From Clostridiaceae bacterium (lineage in GTDB: Bacteria; Bacillota; Clostridia; Saccharofermentanales; DTU023), in the NCBI GenBank assembly GCA_012800435.1, contig JAAZJH010000072.1, forward strand, positions 76,943 through 140,942: a stretch of 64,000 bases of DNA, in the 5' to 3' direction. Shown here in pieces: positions 1 through 9,175 of the stretch. The notes beneath the pieces were generated by a model. The model saw only the letters and a program-made list of their open reading frames with translations, was not told where the DNA came from and made no database searches. Each line of letters starts with the position of its first letter. The stretch's first letter is position 1. The position numbers and the translations under genes were made by a program.

Positions 1-2862
1 CTTTAGTTCGATGATCTTTTCTTTCAAAGCATCCGCCTCACCCTGAAGTGATGCTTCTTCAAGTGCAGATATGAACGCATCCGCTACAAGACGGGCATTT
101 TCCTTATCATCTTTCTTCTCAAGCCAAATTTCGACGGCCTGTTTAAGATTTTCGGGAATACCCATTTCCTTAAGCGCTAAAGCATGCTCCGTCAGACGTT
201 CACGAAGCTGTTTTACGCCGAGGTGCATACCAAGACCGTATTCCGCATTGTCTTCAAAAAGCGAATTTGCCCATGAAGGTCCGTGACCGGCGCTATTCTT
301 GCAATAAGGCATAGATGGCGCCGATCCGCCGAAGATCGAAGAACAACCTGTTGCGTTGGCAACCATCATGCGATCACCGAACAACTGTGTCACTAGGCGC
401 ACATACGGTGTTTCACCGCATCCTGCGCAAGCACCTGAGAATTCGAACAGCGGTCGTTCAAACTGACTGCCTTTCGGTGTACTCTTGTTCATCGGGTTAG
501 GCTTTTCGCTAAGCGACATCGCGTACTCCCAATTAATCTTCTCTTGCATGCTGTCAACCAGAGGACGCATCTCAAGGGACTTCTGTTTTGAAGGACAAAC
601 GTGCGCACATGCGCCGCATCCCGTGCAGTCCAGTGCTGAAACTTGAATCCTGAATTGGTACTGTTCATACGCTTTCATGCCGGGCTTCGTAGTGAAACTT
701 TCCGGCGCATTCTTCGTCTCTTCTTCATTGAGAAGGAAAGGACGAATCGCCGCATGAGGACACACGAAAGCACATTGATTGCACTGAATGCAATTTTCCG
801 GAATCCAGTTCGGAATATTCACCGCGATGCCGCGTTTTTCGTATGCCGTTGTGCCCTGCGGCATCGTGCCGTCAACATGATCCATGAATGCCGATACGGG
901 AAGCTTATTGCCTTCCTGACGGTTCATGACGTCTGCGATATCACGAACAAATGCCGGTGCGTCACGAGGTTCTGCAGGCTCGTCTTCCGCGTCTCTCCAG
1001 GCAGCCGGCACATCAACCTTCCAAACATCACGAATGCCGGCATCGACGGCGCTGTAATTCATGTTAATGACGTCTTCGCCTCTATGACCGTAAGATCTGA
1101 CAATAGCGTCCTTCATGTGTTGCACAGCTTCATCAACAGGAATAACGCCACTGATTTTGAAGAATGCCGCCTGACAGACTGTATTAATCCTGCCTCCTAA
1201 TCCCAAATCCTGAGCAATTTGAACGGCGTCAATAATGTAGAAGCGGATATCATTATTAGCGATATAGCGCTTTACGTGTCCGGGCAAGAAATCATCAAGC
1301 TCATCCTGCTTATGAGAAGTGTTGAGCAAGAATGAACCGCCCGGCTTAAGCGAACTCATCACGTCATACTGCTGAACATACGTCGGGTTATGCACAGCAA
1401 CAAAATCGGCCTTTTCAACGAGATACGGCTCGCGGATCGGTTTATCACCGAAACGAAGGTCAGAGATCGTAACACCGCCCGATTTTTTAGAATCGTAAGA
1501 AAAATAGGCTTGCGCGTACATCGGCGTATTATCACCGATAATCTTGATGGAGTTCTTATTCGCGCCGACTGTGCCGTCGGAACCGAGACCCCAGAAACGC
1601 GCAGCGAATGTGCCTTTCGGTGATACATGGATCGGATCGCCTATTGCTAGGGAAAGATTTGTCACATCGTCTTCAATACCGATTGTAAAGCGCGGTTTCG
1701 GATGATCTTTCTTCAACTCATCAAATACTGCTTTAATCTGAGCCGGTGTCGTATCTTTCGAACCGAGACCGTAACGTCCGCCGATTATAGTTGCCGCTCG
1801 ACCCGCCTCAGCAAAAGCTGAGATCACATCAAGCAGCAGAGGCTCGCCAATGGAACCGGATTCTTTCGTCCTGTCAAGCACCGCTATTTTTTTCACAGAG
1901 GCCGGAATAGCATCAAGGAAACGCTTTGTGCAGAACGGACGATAGAGATAAACATGTAAAGCACCGGTCTTGCGGCCGGACTTATTGAGATAATCAACCG
2001 TCTCACAGACAGTCTCAAAGACTGAACCCATTGAGATAACGATTTCTTCTGCTTCAGGGTCGCCATAGTAGCCGAACAGCTTGTAATCCCTGCCGGTCAG
2101 TTTACCAATCTCATCCATATACTGCTCAACGATGTCCGGCAGACGATCGTAATAAAGGTTAGAGGCTTCGCGTTGCTGGAAGAAAATATCCGGATTCTGC
2201 GCAGAACCGCGGAGCACAGGATCGTTCGGTGTTAAACCGCGCCTGCGAAAGGCTTCGAGTTCGTCCTGATCAATCAGTTTAGCAAGATCATCGTATTCCA
2301 AAGCCTCAATTTTCTGTATTTCGTGAGATGTACGAAAGCCGTCAAAAAAGTGCAGGAAAGGTACACGACTGCCTATGGCGGCAAGATGTGCAACAGCACC
2401 AAGATCCATGACGGCTTGAACCGAAGGTGACGCAAGAAGCGCAAAACCTGTTTGACGCACAGCCATCACGTCGCTATGGTCACCGAAAATCGATAGAGCA
2501 TGCGTGGCTAGCGCGCGTGCCGTTACATGGAAAACGGCAGGCAACAATTCGCCCGAGAGTTTGTACATATTGGGAACCATCAGAAGAAGTCCCTGTGATG
2601 CTGTATACGTCGTCGTTAAGGCGCCGGTCGCAAGTGAGCCGTGAACTACGCCTGACGCACCGCCTTCTGACTGCATTTCGATAACGCGTACAGTCTGACC
2701 GAAAATATTCTTTCGACCTTCCTGTGACCACTTATCAACGTAATCAGCCATTGGTGATGACGGAGTGATCGGATAAATACCCGCCACTTCCGTAAATGCA
2801 TACGATGCGTAGGCGGCGGCAGTATTCCCGTCCATCGTCACGAATTTTTTTTCTTTTGTCAT
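1..2862 (-). CDS. nifJ: pyruvate:ferredoxin (flavodoxin) oxidoreductase, N-terminal 954 codons; 3' end lies beyond the window start
   Basis: Absent from the ORF track because no stop lies in the window. My reverse-complement translation from the ATG at 2862 reads MTKEKKFVTMDGNTAAAYASYAFTEVAGIYPITP. Further in I read two ferredoxin-type clusters (NCIQCNQCAFVCPHA around 740-800, DCTGCGACAH around 601-640) and the TPP-domain GACAGCGETPY around 400-440. AGGAGG at 2868-2873 sits 5 nt upstream of the ATG. Confidence 0.9.
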   Translation of the reverse strand, partial: MTKEKKFVTMDGNTAAAYASYAFTEVAGIYPITPSSPMADYVDKWSQEGRKNIFGQTVRVIEMQSEGGASGVVHGSLATGALTTTYTASQGLLLMVPNMYKLSGELLPAVFHVTARALATHALSIFGDHSDVMAVRQTGFALLASPSVQAVMDLGAVAHLAAIGSRVPFLHFFDGFRTSHEIQKIEALEYDDLAKLIDQDELEAFRRRGLTPNDPVLRGSAQNPDIFFQQREASNLYYDRLPDIVEQYMDEIGKLTGRDYKLFGYYGDPEAEEIVISMGSVFETVCETVDYLNKSGRKTGALHVYLYRPFCTKRFLDAIPASVKKIAVLDRTKESGSIGEPLLLDVISAFAEAGRAATIIGGRYGLGSKDTTPAQIKAVFDELKKDHPKPRFTIGIEDDVTNLSLAIGDPIHVSPKGTFAARFWGLGSDGTVGANKNSIKIIGDNTPMYAQAYFSYDSKKSGGVTISDLRFGDKPIREPYLVEKADFVAVHNPTYVQQYDVMSSLKPGGSFLLNTSHKQDELDDFLPGHVKRYIANNDIRFYIIDAVQIAQDLGLGGRINTVCQAAFFKISGVIPVDEAVQHMKDAIVRSYGHRGEDVINMNYSAVDAGIRDVWKVDVPAAWRDAEDEPAEPRDAPAFVRDIADVMNRQEGNKLPVSAFMDHVDGTMPQGTTAYEKRGIAVNIPNWIPENCIQCNQCAFVCPHAAIRPFLLNEEETKNAPESFTTKPGMKAYEQYQFRIQVSALDCTGCGACAHVCPSKQKSLEMRPLVDSMQEKINWEYAMSLSEKPNPMNKSTPKGSQFERPLFEFSGACAGCGETPYVRLVTQLFGDRMMVANATGCSSIFGGSAPSMPYCKNSAGHGPSWANSLFEDNAEYGLGMHLGVKQLRERLTEHALALKEMGIPENLKQAVEIWLEKKDDKENARLVADAFISALEEASLQGEADALKEKIIELK

Positions 2863-2922
2863 GTTTACCTCCTGAATAACTGTTTCACATCGTTATAATA
2901 TTCATAGTCATACACGTTTTTC

Positions 2923-2931
2923 AGTATAACA
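2923..2931 (-). promoter_or_regulatory. candidate extended -10 promoter element (TGtTATACT) upstream of the PFOR gene
   Basis: The minus strand reads catgTTATACTgaaaaacg about 60 nt upstream of the PFOR ATG. There is no convincing -35. Pattern match only. Confidence 0.3.
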
Positions 2932-2990
2932 TGTTCTTGCTTGCCGGCAGCGGTGAAAATATGTGCCGCGAAGCAAACACGTGAATATAT

Positions 2991-4562
2991 TCATACTTCA
3001 TCTTTCAACCACAAAGAGTGCCCCGTCATTTCTTCGGATTTCGGTAAGCCGAGTATATCGAGAAGCGTCGGTGCAAGATCAGCGAGACGTCCTTTCATCA
3101 GATGGCCGCTCGAAAGACCGGCCCCAATCAGCCACACGGGATTCGTCGTATGTGCTGTAAATGGTTGATTCGTCTTGGGATCCAGCATGGCCTCACAGTT
3201 GCCGTGATCAGACGTAATTAGCGCAACACCTCCGCGATCGACGATTGCTGGAACAACGCGTGAAAGACACTCATCAACCGCTTCGATCGCTTTTACCGCC
3301 GCTTCAAATACACCGGTGTGACCGACCATATCACCATTGGCGTAATTCAGAATAACGACATCGAAATGGTCATCTGAAAGCGCCTCTAACAAGTGATCTG
3401 TAACTTCATATGCGCTCATCTCCGGCTTTAAGTCATACGTCGGAACGGAAGGTGATGGCACTAGGATCCGTTCTTCTCCGTCGTAACTGATTTCGCGTCC
3501 GCCATTAAAGAAAAACGTAACGTGTGCGTACTTTTCAGTCTCCGCGATACGAAGTTGCCTCAATCCCGCTTCCGAAATAACCTCACCGAATGTTCCGGTG
3601 AGGTTTAACGGCGGCCAAGCGACAAAAAGGTCGGGAAAATGGTAGAAATCAGTACTGTATTCCGTAAATGTGACGTAATGAAGCCCCATGGGCTTATGTT
3701 CTATCGGAAACGCCTGAAATGTCGGTTCACAGAATGCTCTTGTAAGTTCACGTGCACGATCCGGTCTGAAATTAAAGAAGATAAATGCATCCCCCGATTT
3801 AACCGGCGCAACAGGTGACCCGTCCTGATTTGCCATGACTACGGGTACAATGAACTCATCGGTAACGCCGGCGTCATAGGACTGCCGAATAGCTTCTAAC
3901 GGATCATGGGCATAAGAGCCTTCAAATCCTTCTGCCGTCAACGCGCGATAAGCTTTCTCAACACGATCCCAGCGGTTGTCGCGGTCCATTGCGTAATAAC
4001 GTCCGGAAAGTGTCGCGATTTTTCCGATACCGATCCTATCCATTGCTTCGAGCAACTGTTTCATATATGTGTAACCGCCTGTCGGCGATGTGTCGCGTCC
4101 ATCAAAGAATGCGTGAATCGCGACATCTTTGACACCCTCCTGCTTGGCCATCTTAAGCAGCGCTTCAAGATGTGTGGTATGACTGTGTACGCCGCCATCG
4201 GATAAAAGCCCGGCAAGATGCAACGTCTTATCCTCGTCTGACGCATAATTCATGGCGCCAAGAAGAACCTCGTTCTGATAAAAGGTGCCGTCGTCCACCT
4301 CGTTACTGATACGAAGTAGATCTTGGTAAACGACTCGACCCGCGCCAATATTCGTATGACCGACTTCAGAATTGCCCATCTGCCCATCCGGCAGACCGAC
4401 GTCTCTTCCGGATGCACTAATTTGAGTCACCGGCCATTTCTCCATAAGATGATCTATGTAGGGTGTATTGGCGGCGAGAGCCGCATTGCCTTCGCACGGC
4501 GGAGCGATCCCCCATCCGTCGAGAATGATCAACGCAACAGGTCTTTTAATTAATTTCATCAT
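2991..4562 (-). CDS. gpmI: 2,3-bisphosphoglycerate-independent phosphoglycerate mutase
   Basis: From the internal MMKLIKRPVALIILDGWGI the protein shows the typical iPGM N-terminus, then NSEVGHTNIGAGR, and a length of about 523 aa. The 40-codon upstream extension in the ORF track would overlap the pgk-tpiA 3' end and carries no family signal. Confidence 0.9.
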   Translation of the reverse strand: MMKLIKRPVALIILDGWGIAPPCEGNAALAANTPYIDHLMEKWPVTQISASGRDVGLPDGQMGNSEVGHTNIGAGRVVYQDLLRISNEVDDGTFYQNEVLLGAMNYASDEDKTLHLAGLLSDGGVHSHTTHLEALLKMAKQEGVKDVAIHAFFDGRDTSPTGGYTYMKQLLEAMDRIGIGKIATLSGRYYAMDRDNRWDRVEKAYRALTAEGFEGSYAHDPLEAIRQSYDAGVTDEFIVPVVMANQDGSPVAPVKSGDAFIFFNFRPDRARELTRAFCEPTFQAFPIEHKPMGLHYVTFTEYSTDFYHFPDLFVAWPPLNLTGTFGEVISEAGLRQLRIAETEKYAHVTFFFNGGREISYDGEERILVPSPSVPTYDLKPEMSAYEVTDHLLEALSDDHFDVVILNYANGDMVGHTGVFEAAVKAIEAVDECLSRVVPAIVDRGGVALITSDHGNCEAMLDPKTNQPFTAHTTNPVWLIGAGLSSGHLMKGRLADLAPTLLDILGLPKSEEMTGHSLWLKDEV

Positions 4563-4659
4563 AGTGTTGATGCTCTGATATCCTTTCGTAAATACGGCGC
4601 GCTTGAGGCGATGCCTTGGCGCGCCGGTTATTCCGACATCCGGTATTGGCGCCATCCGT

Positions 4660-6603
4660 TTAACTGTTAGCGATCGTAGCAAAATCGAGCGCTTTCAGTG
4701 ACGCACCGCCAACAAGTCCGCCGTCGATATGCGGTTGAGCAAATAGTTCTGCAGCGTTGTCGGCGTTAACAGATCCGCCGTACAGGATTTTGACGCTCAG
4801 CGCCTCCTCCGAGCTATACAGGTCGGAAAGAACCTCATAAATAAGTTCGCACATTTCTTCAGCCTGTTCGGGCGTTGCGGTATTGCCGGTGCCGATCGCC
4901 CAAATGGGCTCATAGGCAACGATTACTTGGCAAAGCTGCGACGCTTTCACTCCATCAAACGCTCTCTTAATCTGTGAGGTCACGCGGTCTTTTGTCTTCC
5001 CTTCTTTGCGCTCATCTTCCGTCTCACCGCAACAGACAATTGGACGTACGCCCCACTGCAATGCAGCGAGGAGCTTTTCATTTACGAACGCATCAGTTTC
5101 ATTGAAATATCCGCGACGCTCAGAGTGTCCGATGATGACATAGGGTACGTGCATCATCGCCAGTGTTCGCATAGAAATTTCGCCCGTGTACGCACCGGAA
5201 TCTTTCGGATGTCCGTTCTGCGCGGCGACATGAACAACTGTGCCATCTGATGCCTTTAGTGCTGCATCCAAGGCCGTAAACGGAACTGCAGCAATGACGC
5301 GTGCCGGCGCGTCGTCTAAAAGCGGAATCAACTGATGGATAAGATCCACTGCATCCTGAGGCGATTCGCGGTTCATCTTCCAATTACCTGCTGCCACTTT
5401 CGTTCGCGGATTGCGATCGAGCAGACAGTCAATACCGGGAAGCACTTTGCCTTCAAGGAACTCCAACGAAGCACCGCCACCGGTAGACACATGGCTCATT
5501 TTTGACGCTAGTCCGAACTGCTCCACGGCAGCCGCAGAATCACCGCCCCCGATAATAGTCACCGCGTCGATGTCTGCCATGGTTTCTGCCAACGCGCGTG
5601 TCCCCTTTGCGAATGCGTCAAACTCAAATACACCAACAGGCCCGTTCCAGATGACGGTTCCGGATTGGCGAATAATGTCGCAGAAAATGCGTGCCGTTTC
5701 AGGCCCAATATCAAGCCCCATCATGTCATCCGGAATCATATTCGAAGGTACTATGATGTATTTTGCATCTTTATCGAAACGATCGGCGACTACAAGATCG
5801 ACAGGAAGAACAAGCTTAACTCCTCGCTCATCTGCCTCTCGCATGAGCTCTTTAGCAAGTTCGATTTTGTCAGGTTCACATAGCGATGTGCCGACTGAGA
5901 AACCTTGCGCCGCAATAAACGTGTACGACATGCCGCCGCCTATGAGCAGATAATCCACTGTCTTCAGCAAGTTGCGAATGACACCGATCTTGTCATATAC
6001 TTTTGCGCCGCCGAGAATCGCCGTCATCGGTCGTTTCGGCTTAGAAAGCGCATTGCCCATCATGTTCAGCTCTCGGCTGATCGTATAGCCTGCCACCGCA
6101 GGCAAAAAGGATGCAACTCCCGATGTCGATGAATGAGCACGATGTGATGTGCCAAAGGCATCATTTACATAAATATCTGCCATAGAGGCAAGCTTTTGAG
6201 AAAAAAGAGGATGATTCGCTGTTTCTTCCTTGTGGAAACGGACATTCTCCAGAACAAGAACTTCACCATTCTTCAATGCTGCTACCTTGCTTTGAGCGTC
6301 TTCGCCTATGACATCATTGGCAAGTTTTACGTCCTGACCTAACAAGGCAGCGAGACGATGAGCGACATGCTTTAGCGTGAATTCCATGTCAAAGCCTTTG
6401 GGTCGTCCAAGATGTGTCGCAATAATAACGCGAGCACCGCGTTCTACAAGCGACTTGATCGTCGGCAGCGAAGCGCGAATACGGCGATCATCGGTAATTT
6501 CATTCGTTTCCCTATCGAACGGTACATTAAATTCAGTGCGCAAAAGAATGCGCTTTCCCTGAACATCAATGTCATCGATTGTCTTCTTATCGTATTGGAT
6601 CAC
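4660..6603 (-). CDS. pgk-tpiA: bifunctional phosphoglycerate kinase / triosephosphate isomerase fusion (PGK about aa 1-398, TIM about aa 400-647)
   Basis: The N-terminal part shows [19 protein letters not shown] and [11 protein letters not shown] motifs. The C-terminal part starts [10 protein letters not shown] and contains [22 protein letters not shown] and GGSV TIM motifs. It is a single uninterrupted frame with a GTG start at 6603, 7 nt after AGGAGG (6611-6616). Confidence 0.9.
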   Translation of the reverse strand: MIQYDKKTIDDIDVQGKRILLRTEFNVPFDRETNEITDDRRIRASLPTIKSLVERGARVIIATHLGRPKGFDMEFTLKHVAHRLAALLGQDVKLANDVIGEDAQSKVAALKNGEVLVLENVRFHKEETANHPLFSQKLASMADIYVNDAFGTSHRAHSSTSGVASFLPAVAGYTISRELNMMGNALSKPKRPMTAILGGAKVYDKIGVIRNLLKTVDYLLIGGGMSYTFIAAQGFSVGTSLCEPDKIELAKELMREADERGVKLVLPVDLVVADRFDKDAKYIIVPSNMIPDDMMGLDIGPETARIFCDIIRQSGTVIWNGPVGVFEFDAFAKGTRALAETMADIDAVTIIGGGDSAAAVEQFGLASKMSHVSTGGGASLEFLEGKVLPGIDCLLDRNPRTKVAAGNWKMNRESPQDAVDLIHQLIPLLDDAPARVIAAVPFTALDAALKASDGTVVHVAAQNGHPKDSGAYTGEISMRTLAMMHVPYVIIGHSERRGYFNETDAFVNEKLLAALQWGVRPIVCCGETEDERKEGKTKDRVTSQIKRAFDGVKASQLCQVIVAYEPIWAIGTGNTATPEQAEEMCELIYEVLSDLYSSEEALSVKILYGGSVNADNAAELFAQPHIDGGLVGGASLKALDFATIANS

Positions 6604-6890
6604 GTCATAACCTCCTAAAATCCAGCTCTATTGGTTAATCATATTTAAAACATAGCTCTTAGGTGATCAGGACATTATGTTCTGCATCACCTTTCTGCAC
6701 TTTACGGATGAAAGTCGTCATTCGGACAACTTATGTTCCTTCATTTCTATTATCTATCATAACGTATTCACATCATTTTATGTGTTGATTCGTTCCTATT
6801 TTATCGAATTATCATGGGTGATGTCTCATGAAAATAAGAGAACATATGAATCAAAAAAGCTTTAGAATTGGCGTTTTAAATAAACAGATT

Positions 6891-7778
6891 TTAAACAAAT
6901 CTTGTCGAGCCAAAATACATGGGTGCATGCGTATCAACGCGCCCGTGATCATCCGATCCCGCTGTTCTAATCAAGTCAAGTTCCGTTGTAACGTCAAACA
7001 ACAGGCGACGCTCTTCTTCGGTTGCTTCACCGTGAAAGCACTCGACACCATCAATCCCTGCATTCTTACATCGCATTATTCGTTCTAAAAGACGTGTTCG
7101 TGTAGAAGGATGTTCCGGACAGCGACACCACCCGTACTGCGCAGGGTGCGCTAAAACAGAGACACCTTGGGCTTTTGCAATGACATTAGTGACCTCGCGG
7201 ATGGAGTGACGGGGCCTCGGTACATAAGCAGGCCTACCTTCCGAAAGCAACGCTCGAAACGCGTCGGATATCGACTCACAACCGCCGTAATCAACGAGCC
7301 AGAGCGCCATATGGACCCTTCCTACACTCGCGTTTCCTTTTCCGCCGTAAGCTGTAAGAGAATCCTCATCTATAGGATACCCCAGCGTACGCAACTTGCT
7401 GAGCATGCGACGATTACGGTCGTGTCGATCACGTCGACGCTCTTCAAGATATGCTTCAATCTCAGATACGAATAATCGTGAAAAATAACCTAAAATGTGT
7501 ACCTCTGATCCCAAATCAACTGCCGAGCATTCGATACCGGGAAAAAACAATATGTCATCACCTGCTGCCTCCTTTGCCTCAACAACACCCGCCATTGTAT
7601 CGTGGTCAGTTAACGCAAAAGCACGAAGTCTATTTCTCTTTGCAGAACGTGCAACTTCCTGGGGCGTCTTAGCGCCGTCCGAACACGATGAATGGAGATG
7701 AAGATCTACACCGCCTTCTATCGTCAGACGGTCAAGTAACAACGCAAGATCATAACGCGTTTGAGGAATTCTCAACAT
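6891..7778 (-). CDS. PHP-domain metal-dependent phosphoesterase (TrpH/YciV-like)
   Basis: VDLHLHSSCSDGAKTPQEV...ALTDHDT at the N-terminus and SDDHG near the C-terminus. RBS GAGGAGAG lies upstream of the ATG. Confidence 0.75.
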   Translation of the reverse strand: MLRIPQTRYDLALLLDRLTIEGGVDLHLHSSCSDGAKTPQEVARSAKRNRLRAFALTDHDTMAGVVEAKEAAGDDILFFPGIECSAVDLGSEVHILGYFSRLFVSEIEAYLEERRRDRHDRNRRMLSKLRTLGYPIDEDSLTAYGGKGNASVGRVHMALWLVDYGGCESISDAFRALLSEGRPAYVPRPRHSIREVTNVIAKAQGVSVLAHPAQYGWCRCPEHPSTRTRLLERIMRCKNAGIDGVECFHGEATEEERRLLFDVTTELDLIRTAGSDDHGRVDTHAPMYFGSTRFV

Positions 7779-7967
7779 TAATACTCTCCTCGCACCTTTA
7801 TTAGTGAAACTCGATTGCCGTCTTCCTTGAAAAATGCCACATATTAATTCGATCCGATTTTAATTCGGTGATTCTAACGGCAACTAATCACGTAACGCTT
7901 GACCTGTATACAGATGATCCTAAGTGTACTTTAAAGCAGTACGAGAAGACTCAATTTAACGATGTGT

Positions 7968-9005
7968 TTATAACATCTTTCGTAGTTTTTCATCGCTCTT
8001 CACATGGCTTTTTCTGACCATATCAGAAACGATGTAGCGCGGTCTCTTTTTTTCTTCATGAAACAAACTTGCCAGATATAGACCGATCAAACCAAGGCTG
8101 ATCAATACAAGACTTCCAATAAGCAGTTGAAGTAGAATCACGGTTGTAAAACCCGATGCCGCGTTTCCGCTGAAATAACGAATAAGAGTCTGAACACCGA
8201 GCACGAAGAAGAAGACGAGAAAGAACATCCCGAGCCAAGTGATCAATACCAAAGGTCGCGATGAAAAACCGGTGACAGCATTGACGGAAAGGCGTATCAG
8301 ATTCTTAAAACCCCATTTGCTATTTCCCTTCGTACGATCTTCGACGTCAAAATCAAACGTTTTACGAGAAAATCCGAGCCAGGCAGAAAGTGCCCGAAAA
8401 AAAGTTTCTTTTTCCGGACAAGCGTTCCATGCGTCAATCACTTTTCGGTCGAGCAATTTGAAGTCCGATGCATTCTTCAGTTCAATTCCGGACATCTTGT
8501 GAAACATGCGATAAAAACAGTGCGCTGCAGCGCGAGAAAAAATCGATTCTCGACCGCGAGACGATTTGACGCCTTCCACGACATCATATCCTTCACGCCA
8601 AAAACGGATCATAAGCGGAATGTGTTTCGGAGGATGCTGCAAATCTCCATCCATCACGACAGCAGCATCACCTTTGACATGTGCAAGTCCGGCACATATA
8701 GCAGCTTCTTTCCCAAAATTACGAGAGAATCGTAATGCTGAAAAGGCATCATGGTGAAGTCCGTAAGTGCGAAGCACTTCCCATGTTGAATCCGACGATC
8801 CGTCATCAATAGCAAGAATGTCACACTGCTCTCCCGTCGCATCGAGCACTGATCGCGTTGCATTGAGTGTCTCTAAAACCTGATCCTCTTCATTGTAAAA
8901 AGGGATAATCACGGTAACGCGCGCACAGCCTTCTGCCGGTCGATACGGCGAACACGGTTCAAGAACTGCATCCCTTATTTTCTGTTCATTATTCATAGGC
9001 TTCAT
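7968..9005 (-). CDS. family 2 glycosyltransferase, polyprenyl-phosphate sugar transferase type (GtrB/CsbB-like) with two C-terminal TM helices
   Basis: VTVIIPFYNEE, AIDDGSSD, VVMDGDLQHPP, then two hydrophobic helices near the C-terminus. The start is uncertain: TTG 9038, ATG 9005 or ATG 8996, none with a good SD. Confidence 0.75.
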   Translation of the reverse strand: MKPMNNEQKIRDAVLEPCSPYRPAEGCARVTVIIPFYNEEDQVLETLNATRSVLDATGEQCDILAIDDGSSDSTWEVLRTYGLHHDAFSALRFSRNFGKEAAICAGLAHVKGDAAVVMDGDLQHPPKHIPLMIRFWREGYDVVEGVKSSRGRESIFSRAAAHCFYRMFHKMSGIELKNASDFKLLDRKVIDAWNACPEKETFFRALSAWLGFSRKTFDFDVEDRTKGNSKWGFKNLIRLSVNAVTGFSSRPLVLITWLGMFFLVFFFVLGVQTLIRYFSGNAASGFTTVILLQLLIGSLVLISLGLIGLYLASLFHEEKKRPRYIVSDMVRKSHVKSDEKLRKML

Positions 9006-9112
9006 ATCGTTAACTATACCAAAAATGAGTCGGCACAAGTCAGCTATAATATTTTAAATCAAACACGTACGCTATGACATCAAAGATAAGGATGCACATC
9101 TCCTTTGTCGCA

Positions 9113-9151
9113 AATGAAAAAGAATGCCATTGTCACGTGGTGACATGGCAT
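9113..9151 (-). terminator. rho-independent terminator after the NlpC/P60 gene
   Basis: Arms 9124-9136 (atgccattgtcac) and 9140-9151 (gtgacatggcat) form a 12-bp stem with one bulge and a 3-nt loop. On the minus strand the stem is followed by TCTTTTTC. Confidence 0.7.
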
Positions 9152-9175
9152 CCCAGTTCTAAACATAAGTATAAA

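Noticed and set aside
4563-4682. N-terminal extensions offered by the ORF track: gpmI 4563-4682, citE 17498-17620, citD 17830-17865, gmk 56710-56757, glyQS 55451-55477, and the lipoprotein 63539-63559.
   Set aside because: The extensions overlap the upstream gene or are basic junk, and many begin at TTG or GTG without an SD. Internal ATG or GTG codons have proper RBS spacing and match family N-termini.
5411-5953. 180-aa plus-strand ORF inside pgk-tpiA. Similar long antisense ORFs occur at 643-1200 (PFOR), 38346-38816 (recJ), 45203-45802 (ileS) and 51826-52314 (ppdK).
   Set aside because: All lie fully inside strongly supported minus-strand genes. They have Ser/Arg/Pro/Ala-rich, low-complexity translations and no RBS. 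These are typical shadow ORFs of the real frame.
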